From: Ignavibacteriota bacterium
Lineage (GTDB): Bacteria > Bacteroidota > Ignavibacteria > UBA10030 > CAVZMI01
Direction: 5' to 3'
Assembly: GCA_963776275.1 (NCBI GenBank)
Contig: CAVZMI010000020.1
Span: 128,001-192,000 of the forward strand
DNA length: 64,000 bases
Numbering within the stretch: the first letter of the stretch is position 1; each line of letters starts with the position of its first letter. Positions 1 through 9,642 of the stretch are shown in pieces. A program made the translations under genes and the position numbers. The notes beneath the pieces are model-generated. The model had not been told where the DNA came from, did not search any database, and saw only the letters and a list, made by a program, of their open reading frames with translations.

Positions 1-107
1 ACAATTTTTTCCGTACGTGGGGATAATGGACGGTTTGCCCATGAGTCAAATCCTTTGTATATTTTCTGCTGCCGGAAAGTCAGCATCCAGATTTTAGGAG
101 GAAAATT

Positions 108-731
108 ATGATGCTTTCTGTTCATCCAGAGAACCCTCAGGATAGGGCAATTACAAAAGCTGTCGAGATTCTCCGGAATGGCGGGATCATCGTGTATCCT
201 ACAGACACTGTTTACGGACTGGGCTGTGATCTTCACAATAAAAATGCCATCGAACGTATTTACCAATTAAAAAGACTAGACCGGATAAAACCGTTTAGCT
301 TTCTCTGTTCCGATTTGAAACATATCAGTGAATACGCAAAAGTATCGAACCATGCATTTCGGTTCATGAAACATCTTATTCCCGGTCCTTATACGTTTGT
401 GCTTCCGGCAACACGACTCAAGACAATTCCGAAATCGGTTGTGAGCAAGCGAAAGAGCGTCGGGATTCGCGTGCCGGATAATAAAATCTGTCGTGCAATC
501 ATCGCAGCGCTTGGTAATCCGATCATCAACACGAGTGTCACGGATGAGCGCGGAGAGATACTATCTGATCCGGTATATATCCAAAAGTATTTTGGGTATC
601 AAGTCGATATGATTCTCGATGCAGGGATTCTTCCGACAATTCCATCAACCGTCTTCGAACTGACCGGCGATACACCGGTCATCGTCCGGAAAGGGGCGGG
701 TGATTTTTCTCAAATCCAACAATATATGTGA
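108..731 (+). CDS. Sua5/YciO/YrdC family protein (threonylcarbamoyl-AMP synthase-like)
   Basis: YPTDTVYGLGC, GIRVPD and PST motifs; AGGAGG RBS upstream. Confidence 0.9.
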   Translation: MMLSVHPENPQDRAITKAVEILRNGGIIVYPTDTVYGLGCDLHNKNAIERIYQLKRLDRIKPFSFLCSDLKHISEYAKVSNHAFRFMKHLIPGPYTFVLPATRLKTIPKSVVSKRKSVGIRVPDNKICRAIIAALGNPIINTSVTDERGEILSDPVYIQKYFGYQVDMILDAGILPTIPSTVFELTGDTPVIVRKGAGDFSQIQQYM

Positions 732-741
732 GTTCATTGTT

Positions 742-1845
742 ATGAAATCAACTACACTTCATCGTATCGGCATTCTCACCGGCGGCGGCGACTGCCCCGG
801 ATTAAACGCTGTTATCCGGAGCGTTGCAAAACCGGCAATGAATGATTTCGGAGCAACGGTCATCGGCATTGAAGATGGATTCGAAGGGCTGGTCGAGGGA
901 AAAATGAGAATCCTGGCCAATACGGATGTGTCGGGAATATTAAGTCTTGGAGGAACAATCCTCGGCACATCGAATAAAGGCGATCCGTTCCACTGGCCCG
1001 TCGTAAAAAAAGATGGATCGGTGTCCATCATCGATGCCTCGAAAAAAGCTCTTAAGAACTACAGGAGGTGGCGATTGAACGCGCTCGTTGCCATCGGCGG
1101 CGACGGCACAATGAACATCGCCGATAAGTTAGGCAATATGGGAATGAATATCGTCGGCGTGCCGAAAACCATCGACAATGACCTTCAGGCGACCGATGTA
1201 ACCTTCGGATACGATTCGGCATTATTTGTCGCTACCGAAGCAATCGACCGCCTCCATACAACCGCATCGTCACATCATCGCGTGATGGTAATCGAGGTCA
1301 TGGGCCGTTACGCCGGATGGATTGCACTCGGGGCCGGACTTGCCGGCGGAGCCGATATCATTCTTATTCCTGAGATCCCGTTCTCTTGGGACATCATCAA
1401 TAAAAAGGTGATCGAGCGGAGCAAACATGGTAAAAGGTTCAGTATCGTCTGTGTTGCCGAAGGAGCAAAACCGGCAGGCGGCGATCTTGTCGTGAAAGCA
1501 TTCGATCCGAAACGTACCGATGCGAAACAGCTTGGAGGAATCGGCGAGCTTGTAGCAAAGCGTCTCACGGAAGATACAGGCGTTGAGACACGCATAACCG
1601 TGCTCGGGCATCTGCAGCGCGGAGGGAGTCCGACCCCGTTCGACCGTATTCTTGCGACAAAATTCGGATCGATGGCGTGCCAGCTTGCAGCGGCCGATCA
1701 GTTCGGCTATATGGTAAGCCTTCATGGAACCGAAGTGACCGGCGTTTTGATCAAAGACGCAATCGCGAAACAGCGTCTTGTTTCACCGAATGATCAGCTC
1801 GTTATCGCGGCCCGGGCTGTGGGGACCTGTTTTGGAGACCGGTGA
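742..1845 (+). CDS. pfkA: 6-phosphofructokinase (PfkA family)
   Basis: GILTGGGDCPGLN, GGDGT, PKTIDND, EVMGR and GHLQRGG motifs; start placed at ATG 742. Confidence 0.93.
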   Translation: MKSTTLHRIGILTGGGDCPGLNAVIRSVAKPAMNDFGATVIGIEDGFEGLVEGKMRILANTDVSGILSLGGTILGTSNKGDPFHWPVVKKDGSVSIIDASKKALKNYRRWRLNALVAIGGDGTMNIADKLGNMGMNIVGVPKTIDNDLQATDVTFGYDSALFVATEAIDRLHTTASSHHRVMVIEVMGRYAGWIALGAGLAGGADIILIPEIPFSWDIINKKVIERSKHGKRFSIVCVAEGAKPAGGDLVVKAFDPKRTDAKQLGGIGELVAKRLTEDTGVETRITVLGHLQRGGSPTPFDRILATKFGSMACQLAAADQFGYMVSLHGTEVTGVLIKDAIAKQRLVSPNDQLVIAARAVGTCFGDR

Positions 1846-1887
1846 TAAATTCATTCTATTATCATCTAAAAATTGCAGGAGATTAAT

Positions 1888-2082
1888 ATGGCCCGAAGGA
1901 AAAAAGATGTTAGCCTTTTTTCGATAACGGTTGGAGATATACAGCATGAAGCAATTGAAAAAATTGGGAGAACTCTGACTCAAGATGAATTACTAATTGC
2001 CAAGAAAGGTCTGGAATATGGCCTCCATACTGATATTGACATTATTTATTCAGCAATATTTTATGAAATGATTGGTTCTTAA
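1888..2082 (+). CDS. small hypothetical protein (paralog of 2166..2354)
   Basis: AGGAG RBS before ATG 1888; shares ITxxDIQxxAxExxGRxLxxxE with the next ORF. Confidence 0.65.
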   Translation: MARRKKDVSLFSITVGDIQHEAIEKIGRTLTQDELLIAKKGLEYGLHTDIDIIYSAIFYEMIGS

Positions 2083-2165
2083 AAAATTATCATTAAATTC
2101 CGGTAGCATCGTACGATGGGTCAATAATTATATTCTAAATTGAAAAATAAATTATAAAAACCACC

Positions 2166-2354
2166 ATGACTTCAAGAAAACATATCTATTACATCACCAT
2201 TTCTGACATTCAGAATGTCGCAAAAGAAATACTTGGACGTAATCTTGATAACGAAGAATTTTTAAGAGTGACTGATAGACTGCTTGATAAAATTCAGTGG
2301 TATGATCCTCTCGAAGCGTTAATTCTCTCCGAGGGTAAAAGTTCTCACTATTGA
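2166..2354 (+). CDS. small hypothetical protein (paralog of 1888..2082)
   Basis: 62 aa; ITISDIQNVAKEILGRNLDNEE matches the upstream paralog. Confidence 0.65.
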   Translation: MTSRKHIYYITISDIQNVAKEILGRNLDNEEFLRVTDRLLDKIQWYDPLEALILSEGKSSHY

Positions 2355-2480
2355 ATTCTCGATAGGCTTTTATGACAAGATAAGTGTTTAAGGGAAAAAA
2401 TTAGTTGAATTTAACAGCGGTAATCTGCAAAAAATGAAATCCTGAGTTTAGCTAATCAATTTGCAACTCGTTCCAAGCAT

Positions 2481-2501
2481 ACCATGTCGAAAACCTCTTC
2501 A
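2481..2501 (+). repeat. 21-bp direct repeat duplicating the fni start (copy 1)
   Basis: ACCATGTCGAAAACCTCTTCA at 2481-2501 is identical to 4498-4518. Confidence 0.85.
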
Positions 2502-2696
2502 AGGAAGAACGATGAAAATCCAATTTAATATTACATATTTTTACACGATTGTATACAACAGCCGTATACCATTATGATAAAACTTATAATATAACGTACT
2601 CCTTTTCATAATAGCGTAATTCTAACCGTTTTCTAAGTGTTTCACCTAATAAGCAGTTTTACAAAATAATGAAATAACAAATATAGTGAAAAAACC

Positions 2697-2723
2697 TTGA
2701 CATTTATTTAATAATGTTATATT
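2697..2723 (+). promoter_or_regulatory. putative promoter of the abiE operon
   Basis: TTGACA at 2697 and extended -10 TGnTATATT at 2715-2723 (spacer only 15 bp), inside an imperfect inverted repeat. Confidence 0.4.
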
Positions 2724-2759
2724 TTTTTACACCTTAGTGACCTCTTGGAGGGTATTATC

Positions 2760-3566
2760 GTGGAAAAAAATATATCTATTCTTGGCCCGAAAGAGGCAGA
2801 ATTTTTATCTATTGTCTCCGCACACAACAAGCAGGGTTTTGGCATTAATACCGCTATTCAGTATTGGGGCAGTAGAGAAATCGCCAAGAAAAAACTTTAT
2901 CAGTTGGAGAAGAAAGGGTGGGTCGCTCGGATAGAGCGTGGTAAGTACTTGGTCATCCCACTGGAAGCGGGACCCACACGGCAGTGGAGTGAAGATTCCT
3001 ATCTCATTGCTGCCGCATTAGTGCATCCGGCTGTCATTGCCTATTGGTCTGCTATACGCCATTGGAATTGGACAGAGCAATTCCCGCGAATTCTCTATGT
3101 CCAAACTACACAACGGAAGAAATATAATGATCGAACTGTTTTCGGCGTCAAGTATGAATTCATAACTGTGAACAGGCGTAAGTTTTATGGGAACGTGAAG
3201 GAATGGCGCAGCGGTATACCGGTACTCGTCACTGACAAAGAAAAAACTTTGATTGACTGCGCCGACGATGTCGAGCGTGCCGGAAGTATCGAAGAGCTTT
3301 TAAAAGCTGTCAAGGCCTCGGTGGCCGAGATCTCGTGGCAGAGACTTCATGGGTACATTTCACGATTTCCAAACGGTGCTGTGAAGAAACGCCTGGGTTA
3401 TCTTTTTGAAAAGCTTATTCCTAATCTATCAGAAGAAGCCAGGGACATTCTTGAAAAATGGCAGCAATCGCTTAGTGCCGGAATAGTACCTCTTCAACCA
3501 TCGGGAAGAAAATCTGGAAAAATCGTCACTCGATGGCGTATTCTCGTCAATGCGGAGGTCAGGTGA
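2760..3566 (+). CDS. type IV toxin-antitoxin antitoxin, AbiEi family
   Basis: N-terminal wHTH-like region (RIERGKY); AYWSA..HW, TDKEKTLID and KRLGYL motifs; GTG 2760 after GGAGGG. Confidence 0.85.
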   Translation: MEKNISILGPKEAEFLSIVSAHNKQGFGINTAIQYWGSREIAKKKLYQLEKKGWVARIERGKYLVIPLEAGPTRQWSEDSYLIAAALVHPAVIAYWSAIRHWNWTEQFPRILYVQTTQRKKYNDRTVFGVKYEFITVNRRKFYGNVKEWRSGIPVLVTDKEKTLIDCADDVERAGSIEELLKAVKASVAEISWQRLHGYISRFPNGAVKKRLGYLFEKLIPNLSEEARDILEKWQQSLSAGIVPLQPSGRKSGKIVTRWRILVNAEVR

Positions 3567-4408
3567 TCGACCAGAACGAAATACGCCGGATCGCCGGTTC
3601 ATTGGGAGTCGATCCGATGATCATAAATCATGATTACGTCCTCGGCTGCTTTATGCATTTTCTGAGTACTCAGGAGACTGTAAAAAAATCCTGGGTGTTC
3701 AAAGGTGGAACATCGCTTGCGAAATGTTACTTTGAGAATTACAGATTCTCGGAAGATCTCGATTTTACTCTCCTGAGCACCATCACAGAAGAAACGCTCA
3801 TAACAATTGTCGATTCTGCGAAGTCAATCATGCAGGAAGAAATCGGTATTCGCACTGATGCCGAAAAATCAAAGGTCGAGATTATCAACGACGAATACGG
3901 TGAGGAATCATTAGAAGCAAGATTTTATTATCGCGAACCATGGGATTACGCGGGTTCTCCTCGTTCAGTGCAAATTCACACAAACAGAGATGAAAAAATT
4001 GTCTTTCAAACGGTTGAAAAATCGTTTAAACATGGTTACTCTGATGGCAGTACCTTGCCTCATGTCTCAATCCAGACATATTCACTCGAAGAGATCCTTG
4101 TGGAAAAACTTCGGGCATTCTCGGGTCAACGCAGATACGCTATATCGAGGGATATATTCGATATTCATTATCTCTCGTCACAAAAGGTAAATATTTCAGC
4201 AACGATAAAAGCATTTGAAAAAAAATGTCGTGCTAAAGATTTGAAAATCGATGAATTACGTCTCTCGAAAGTGGAAAACCGGAAAGAGGAATATAGAACG
4301 AATTGGAAAAATCAGCTTGAACATCTTATTCCTAAAAATATTAAAGTTCCCTTTGAAGAAGCATGGAATACATCTATTGAAATGCTCAGGAGTGTGCTGA
4401 CTTCATGA
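3563..4408 (+). CDS. AbiEii/AbiGii nucleotidyltransferase toxin
   Basis: FKGGTSL..CY, RFSEDLDF, EKLRA and RDIFD motifs; GTGA overlap with the antitoxin. Confidence 0.9.
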   Translation: MIDQNEIRRIAGSLGVDPMIINHDYVLGCFMHFLSTQETVKKSWVFKGGTSLAKCYFENYRFSEDLDFTLLSTITEETLITIVDSAKSIMQEEIGIRTDAEKSKVEIINDEYGEESLEARFYYREPWDYAGSPRSVQIHTNRDEKIVFQTVEKSFKHGYSDGSTLPHVSIQTYSLEEILVEKLRAFSGQRRYAISRDIFDIHYLSSQKVNISATIKAFEKKCRAKDLKIDELRLSKVENRKEEYRTNWKNQLEHLIPKNIKVPFEEAWNTSIEMLRSVLTS

Positions 4409-4497
4409 TGGTTTCATATATGACGACATATCATAATATTTGACTATTTCTTTACCGTTTGATATTCTAATCTCATTTTCATATTTTAAAAGAAAAC

Positions 4498-4518
4498 ACC
4501 ATGTCGAAAACCTCTTCA
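4498..4518 (+). repeat. 21-bp direct repeat at the fni start (copy 2)
   Basis: identical to 2481-2501. Confidence 0.85.
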
Positions 4519-5550
4519 CGAAAGAAAGAGCATATCGATATTACCCTCACCCACGACGTTGCGTTCAGGGGAAAAACAACGGGATTAGAGCAGTGGGAAT
4601 TCGTCAATAATGCATTGCCGGAAATTGACTTTACTGACATCGATCCCTCCGTTGAATTTCTCGGACACAAGCTCTCGTTGCCACTAATTATCTCCGGCAT
4701 GACGGGGGGGTATCATGATGCTGAACGGCTTAATCGCGGACTCGCCGAAGCTTGTCAGGCAAAAAATATTGCTATGGGTGTGGGAAGTCAGCGGCAGGCG
4801 ATGGAGAGCAATTTATTTCACTCTTCGTATCGGGTTGTCCGGGAAGTCGCTCCGTCAATTCCGCTAATCGGGAATATCGGGGCCGTTGAAGTCGCATCGC
4901 TGTCCGATGTTTCACCGATCGCGCGGCTTGTGGAATTAATTCAGGCGAACGCGTTTGCCGTTCATCTCAATCCGCTTCAGGAGCTCCTCCAGCCGGAGGG
5001 AAAACCGCAATTTGCCGGTGTTCTTGATGGAATCGAAATGCTCGTGCGGCAGCTCGACATCCCTGTCATCGTTAAAGAAATCGGCGCGGGAATTTCTGCC
5101 GATGTCGCTCAGCGTCTTCTCAATGCCGGCGTACGGATCATCGATGTAGCCGGCGCCGGGGGAACAAGCTGGGCCGGCGTCGAAATCATCCGCAGTGGTG
5201 AAAATCCGGCGACAGAAAAATTCTGGGACTGGGGAATCCCGACCGCGGAAGCACTAAGACAGGTCGTTCCCTTCAAGAACCGCTATCGCGATCTCAGTGT
5301 CATTGCGTCCGGAGGAATTTCAGATGGACTCGAGATGGCAAAAGCAATCGGACTCGGCGCCGACATTGCCGCTTCGGCTCGACCGATGTTAAAAGCAGTT
5401 GTGGATGGCGGAACCGAGGCCCTTGTTGCGATGCTCGATGAGTGGGATCTCGACTTACGCAGCGTGATGTTCTTAACCGGATCAAAAACTATTCCCGAAC
5501 TTCAAAAGGCACCGATACACCGACGCGATGAACCACACGCTCAATCATAA
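4501..5550 (+). CDS. fni: type 2 isopentenyl-diphosphate delta-isomerase
   Basis: RKxEH, MTGG, GSQR, HLNPLQE, KEIG, GAGGTSW and WDWGIPT motifs. Confidence 0.95.
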   Translation: MSKTSSRKKEHIDITLTHDVAFRGKTTGLEQWEFVNNALPEIDFTDIDPSVEFLGHKLSLPLIISGMTGGYHDAERLNRGLAEACQAKNIAMGVGSQRQAMESNLFHSSYRVVREVAPSIPLIGNIGAVEVASLSDVSPIARLVELIQANAFAVHLNPLQELLQPEGKPQFAGVLDGIEMLVRQLDIPVIVKEIGAGISADVAQRLLNAGVRIIDVAGAGGTSWAGVEIIRSGENPATEKFWDWGIPTAEALRQVVPFKNRYRDLSVIASGGISDGLEMAKAIGLGADIAASARPMLKAVVDGGTEALVAMLDEWDLDLRSVMFLTGSKTIPELQKAPIHRRDEPHAQS

Positions 5551-6448
5551 ACAGCCATATGGTCCAATTCTTGTATTCTGTTGCCTTTGTTTGATTTGGG
5601 GATCGACCTGGTTGGCCATAAAAGTCGGGCTTGATTATTTTTCACCCTTTTTGTTCGCAGGAATTCGTTTCCTCATCGGTGGATCTGTACTCGTGATACC
5701 GCTCCTGCTGATGGGAAAACGCTATCCCCGGGATATACAGGCGTGGGTATTTATATGCAGATTGGGAATTCTTCAAATCGTTATACCGTACGCGCTGGTC
5801 TTCTGGGGCGAGCAATATATTTCATCCGGACTGGCGGCAATATTGTTTGCAATTATCCCGTTCTTTGTCACCATCATCGCCCACTATGCAATACCCGGCG
5901 AACAGTGGTCGCTTATAAAATTTTCAGGAATTGTGGTGAGTTTCACAGGACTTATTATTATTTTTATTAAAGACCTGATGCTCGACTCACAATCTGTATG
6001 GGGCGGATGTGCAATCGTCGGGGCGGCGTTAAGTGCTGCGATAGCAAATGTTATCGGAAAACGCTCCGGTACACATTTTAATCCGCTAATCAATGTCTCT
6101 GTACAACTAAGCCTCGGCGGAATAGTACTGACCGCGCTGAGTCTCATCATTGAGCCTCATATGCGATGGTCTTTTGCTTTTCCTGCGATTGGCGCGATGC
6201 TTTTTCTGAGTTTATTCGGATCGTCGTTAGGATTTGTGGGATTGTACTGGCTTTTTACAAAAATGGAAGTGACAAAAGTCTCTCTAATTTCATTTATAAC
6301 ACCGGTTGTTGCTGTCCTGTGCGGTGCAATCTTTCTTGGCGAGCACATCACACTAAATATTATTGTCGGAACTATTCTTATTTTAACGGGCGTGTATTTT
6401 GTCACATTGCAGCGATCACATCATGCATCGACGTTTTCACACGATTGA
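5528..6448 (+). CDS. EamA/DMT family transporter
   Basis: IWGSTW...K motif; about 10 hydrophobic helices in two repeats. Confidence 0.9.
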   Translation: MNHTLNHKQPYGPILVFCCLCLIWGSTWLAIKVGLDYFSPFLFAGIRFLIGGSVLVIPLLLMGKRYPRDIQAWVFICRLGILQIVIPYALVFWGEQYISSGLAAILFAIIPFFVTIIAHYAIPGEQWSLIKFSGIVVSFTGLIIIFIKDLMLDSQSVWGGCAIVGAALSAAIANVIGKRSGTHFNPLINVSVQLSLGGIVLTALSLIIEPHMRWSFAFPAIGAMLFLSLFGSSLGFVGLYWLFTKMEVTKVSLISFITPVVAVLCGAIFLGEHITLNIIVGTILILTGVYFVTLQRSHHASTFSHD

Positions 6449-7406
6449 GCACCGCTATCTCGCGCTTATCGAGCAGGCGCTTCGACGCAGTGTTCACGCA
6501 CGGCAGCCGAATTCGGTGTACGAACCAGCACGGTATCTTCTTGATGCCGGAGGAAAACGAATGCGCCCGATGCTAGTGATGCTCTCCTGTGCTGCCGCAG
6601 GAGGCGATGTACGAAAGTCCGTTCACGCGGCGGCAGCCCTTGAGATCCTGCATACATTCACGCTGGTTCATGACGATATTATGGATAACGCCTCATCACG
6701 GCGCGGCCGGACGACAGTCCACACAAGATGGAATACCAATGTCGCCATCCTTGTGGGCGACGAATTGCTGGCTCTTGCGTACCGCTCCCTTCTTCGAACC
6801 GAGCATAAAAACTTAAAGAGAATTGCGGAGCTTTTTACCGAAGGCGTCGTCGAGGTATGTGAGGGGCAGGGGTATGACAAAGAATATGAATCCCGGAACG
6901 ATGTCTCGTTCGATGAATACCGGATGATGATCACAAAAAAAACCGCGCGCTTGCTGGCAGTAGGATGCGAAATCGGTGGGATCCTCGGCGGTGCAAATGA
7001 GCGCCGCTGCCGCGCCCTCCGAAAATTCGGTGAACACATCGGCCGCGCATTCCAGATTCAGGATGATCTGCTCGACATAATCGGCGACGAAAAAACATTC
7101 GGTAAAATCATCGGCGGCGACCTGCGCGAAGGAAAGAAAACTTTTTTGCTATTGACCGCGCTCGAATACACGACGGGACAAGATCATGAACTGGTAAGCC
7201 GTGTAGTGAACGAGAAAGGCGTTCCGGACACACTCGTTCCGGCAATAAAAGAGATATATGAACGATGTGGTATTATAGAAAAAACGCGTACCGCGATCGA
7301 AAAAGAATGTACACTGGGAATTCGATACCTGAAAACTCTTCCAGCAATAGCGGGACGGGAGATGCTGCGTAGGTATGCCTTACAACTCGCAGGGAGGACA
7401 TTCTAG
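6423..7406 (+). CDS. polyprenyl (geranylgeranyl-type) diphosphate synthase
   Basis: GGKRMRP, LVHDDIMD..RRG, KT and FQIQDD motifs. Confidence 0.92.
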   Translation: MHRRFHTIEHRYLALIEQALRRSVHARQPNSVYEPARYLLDAGGKRMRPMLVMLSCAAAGGDVRKSVHAAAALEILHTFTLVHDDIMDNASSRRGRTTVHTRWNTNVAILVGDELLALAYRSLLRTEHKNLKRIAELFTEGVVEVCEGQGYDKEYESRNDVSFDEYRMMITKKTARLLAVGCEIGGILGGANERRCRALRKFGEHIGRAFQIQDDLLDIIGDEKTFGKIIGGDLREGKKTFLLLTALEYTTGQDHELVSRVVNEKGVPDTLVPAIKEIYERCGIIEKTRTAIEKECTLGIRYLKTLPAIAGREMLRRYALQLAGRTF

Positions 7407-7412
7407 AGAACA

Positions 7413-7682
7413 ATGATTGAACTAGAAGTGGCCATAAAAAACCGGGCAGGACTGCATACGCGACCGGCGGCGACACTGGTAAAGCTTGCATCAAAGTATA
7501 CATCAGATTTTTTCATATACAAAGATGGAATGGAAATTAACGGGAAGAGCATCATCGGCGTTATGACGCTTGCCGCTGAACGTGGAAGCACATTGAGTTT
7601 ACGGTTCGACGGTCCCGACGAAGCCGCAGCAGCACAGGCAATGCGCGAACTGTTCGATCGCGGTTTTGATGAACCCATGTAA
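7413..7682 (+). CDS. ptsH: phosphocarrier protein HPr
   Basis: GLHTRPA (His15) and GKSIIGVMTL (Ser46) motifs. Confidence 0.95.
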   Translation: MIELEVAIKNRAGLHTRPAATLVKLASKYTSDFFIYKDGMEINGKSIIGVMTLAAERGSTLSLRFDGPDEAAAAQAMRELFDRGFDEPM

Positions 7683-7703
7683 CACAATCATCGAGAATGG
7701 ACT

Positions 7704-9464
7704 ATGAGCCCTGACAATCCCGATCCGAAAGAAAGTGTCCTCAAAGGTATCGCCGCAGCACCGGGCATTACCATGGGATATCTGTATCTGTATTTGAAAC
7801 AAATTCTCAAGGTCGAGGAACGATCGATTTCCGAAAAAGAGATCGAAGACGAAATCCGCCGGCTCCAGGGAGCCATCGAGCGATCAGAAAAAGAATTACA
7901 GAAAATTCTATCGTTTGCGCAACAAAGACTCGGCGATACGAAGGCCTATATCTTCGAAGCGGAAATTATGATTCTTAATGACCACCTTCTCTTCGGAGCA
8001 ATCGCAAAGCGGATTCGGACAGAACGGAAAAATGCCGATTTCATCCTGGACGACGAAATCGGCAAGTACCAGCACCGCATGCTCGCGTCCGGTGACGAAT
8101 ATATGCGCGAGCGAGTTCATGATGTTGAAGACGTTAAGAACCGCATCATCCGCAACCTCCAGGAAGAAAAACTCTTCTCGCGCCTCGAAGGAAAAGCAAT
8201 CATAGCCGCCGAGACTCTGACACCGGCGGACACAATTTTGTTCAGCAGAAACGATGTCCTTGGATATGCAACCGATCTCGGAAGCGTGACATCACACACA
8301 GCGATTCTTTCACGATCTCTGAAAATTCCGGCAGTGGTCGGCCTCCGGACAATAACAAAACAGGTGCAAACCGGCGATTACGTCATCCTCGACGGACACA
8401 GCGGAGTCGTCATCGTCCATCCCACGCCAAAAACTATCCGCGAGTACGAACTAAAGCATCAAAAATATCTTGCCTTCGATCGGAAATTGGAGGGATTACG
8501 CGAGCTTCCCTCCGAGACAAAAGACGGAAGACGCATCGAGCTTTCGGCCAATGTAGAATTCGAGGAAGAGCTCGATTTTCTCAACGTCCAGGGAGCCGAA
8601 GGAATTGGCTTGTATCGATCGGAGAGCCTGCTGATCGGCCGTTCCAGTTTCCCAAGTGAAGACGAGCAACTCGAGATGTATCAAAAAGTGGCGGATAGAA
8701 TGTACCCTAACCGGGTGATTATTAGAACATTCGATATCGGCGGCGATAAACTTCTGCCGGATACCATTGCCGAACCAAATCCATTCCTCGGATGGCGCGG
8801 CATCCGAATCGGACTCGACCGGCCCGATGTCCTGTTGACTCAACTCAAGGCAATTCTTCGCTCAAGCACCAAAAAAAATGTTTACATAATGTTCCCGATG
8901 ATATCAACGGTAACGGAGGTCAGAAAGGCAAAAGAAATACTCGTGCAGGCAAAGCGCGATCTTCGCGAAGCTAAAGTAAAATTCGATCCCGGCCTTAAAA
9001 TAGGCGTGATGATCGAGGTCCCTTCCGCTGCCGTCATGGCTGAAGAGATAGCACGGGAAGTCGATTTTCTCAGTATCGGTACAAACGACCTGATTCAATA
9101 TTTATTGGCTGTCGATCGAGGCAACCCTATCGTGTCGGGCCTTTATAAGGAATTTCATCCGGCTGTGCTCCGGACAATCAGAAGCATAATCGACGCAGGT
9201 CACAGGTCGAAAATCTGGGTCGGTATGTGCGGTGAAATGGCCGGCGACCCATTGGCGACAATGATTCTTGTGGGACTGGGACTCGACGAGTTCAGCGTTA
9301 TACCCACGGTTCTCCCTGAAATCAAGAAGATAATTCGCGCGATCCGGTTCGATCATGCAAAATTGATTGCGACGAAAGCGCTCTCATTCGGCACACGCGA
9401 AGAGGTGGAAAAATTTGTTCACAGCATCATGCGGAAAAAATTCCCCGATATTCCAATATCATGA
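7704..9464 (+). CDS. ptsI: PEP-protein phosphotransferase (enzyme I)
   Basis: TSHTAILSR, GIGLYRSE, EPNPFLGWRGIR, SIGTNDL and MCGEMAGD motifs. Confidence 0.95.
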   Translation: MSPDNPDPKESVLKGIAAAPGITMGYLYLYLKQILKVEERSISEKEIEDEIRRLQGAIERSEKELQKILSFAQQRLGDTKAYIFEAEIMILNDHLLFGAIAKRIRTERKNADFILDDEIGKYQHRMLASGDEYMRERVHDVEDVKNRIIRNLQEEKLFSRLEGKAIIAAETLTPADTILFSRNDVLGYATDLGSVTSHTAILSRSLKIPAVVGLRTITKQVQTGDYVILDGHSGVVIVHPTPKTIREYELKHQKYLAFDRKLEGLRELPSETKDGRRIELSANVEFEEELDFLNVQGAEGIGLYRSESLLIGRSSFPSEDEQLEMYQKVADRMYPNRVIIRTFDIGGDKLLPDTIAEPNPFLGWRGIRIGLDRPDVLLTQLKAILRSSTKKNVYIMFPMISTVTEVRKAKEILVQAKRDLREAKVKFDPGLKIGVMIEVPSAAVMAEEIAREVDFLSIGTNDLIQYLLAVDRGNPIVSGLYKEFHPAVLRTIRSIIDAGHRSKIWVGMCGEMAGDPLATMILVGLGLDEFSVIPTVLPEIKKIIRAIRFDHAKLIATKALSFGTREEVEKFVHSIMRKKFPDIPIS

Positions 9465-9494
9465 TTGAGTTGAGATAACCGTAAGTTTTCCACT

Positions 9495-9540
9495 AACTCT
9501 GTGTCCCAGTTTCATCGGAACCCTTTGTGACCTTTGTGTT
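9495..9540. repeat. REP-like CTCTGTGTCC/CTTTGTG family remnant
   Basis: aactctgtgtcc...ctttgtgacctttgtg resembles 18829-18885 and 57073-57189. Confidence 0.45.
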
Positions 9541-9642
9541 TATATTTTAAAAATATCATATGTGATAATAGAACCCACTTTTTAAAAAATAGAATTAAGA
9601 AGAAGCTATAACCTAGTATTAATTTAAAATAATAGAGGAACT

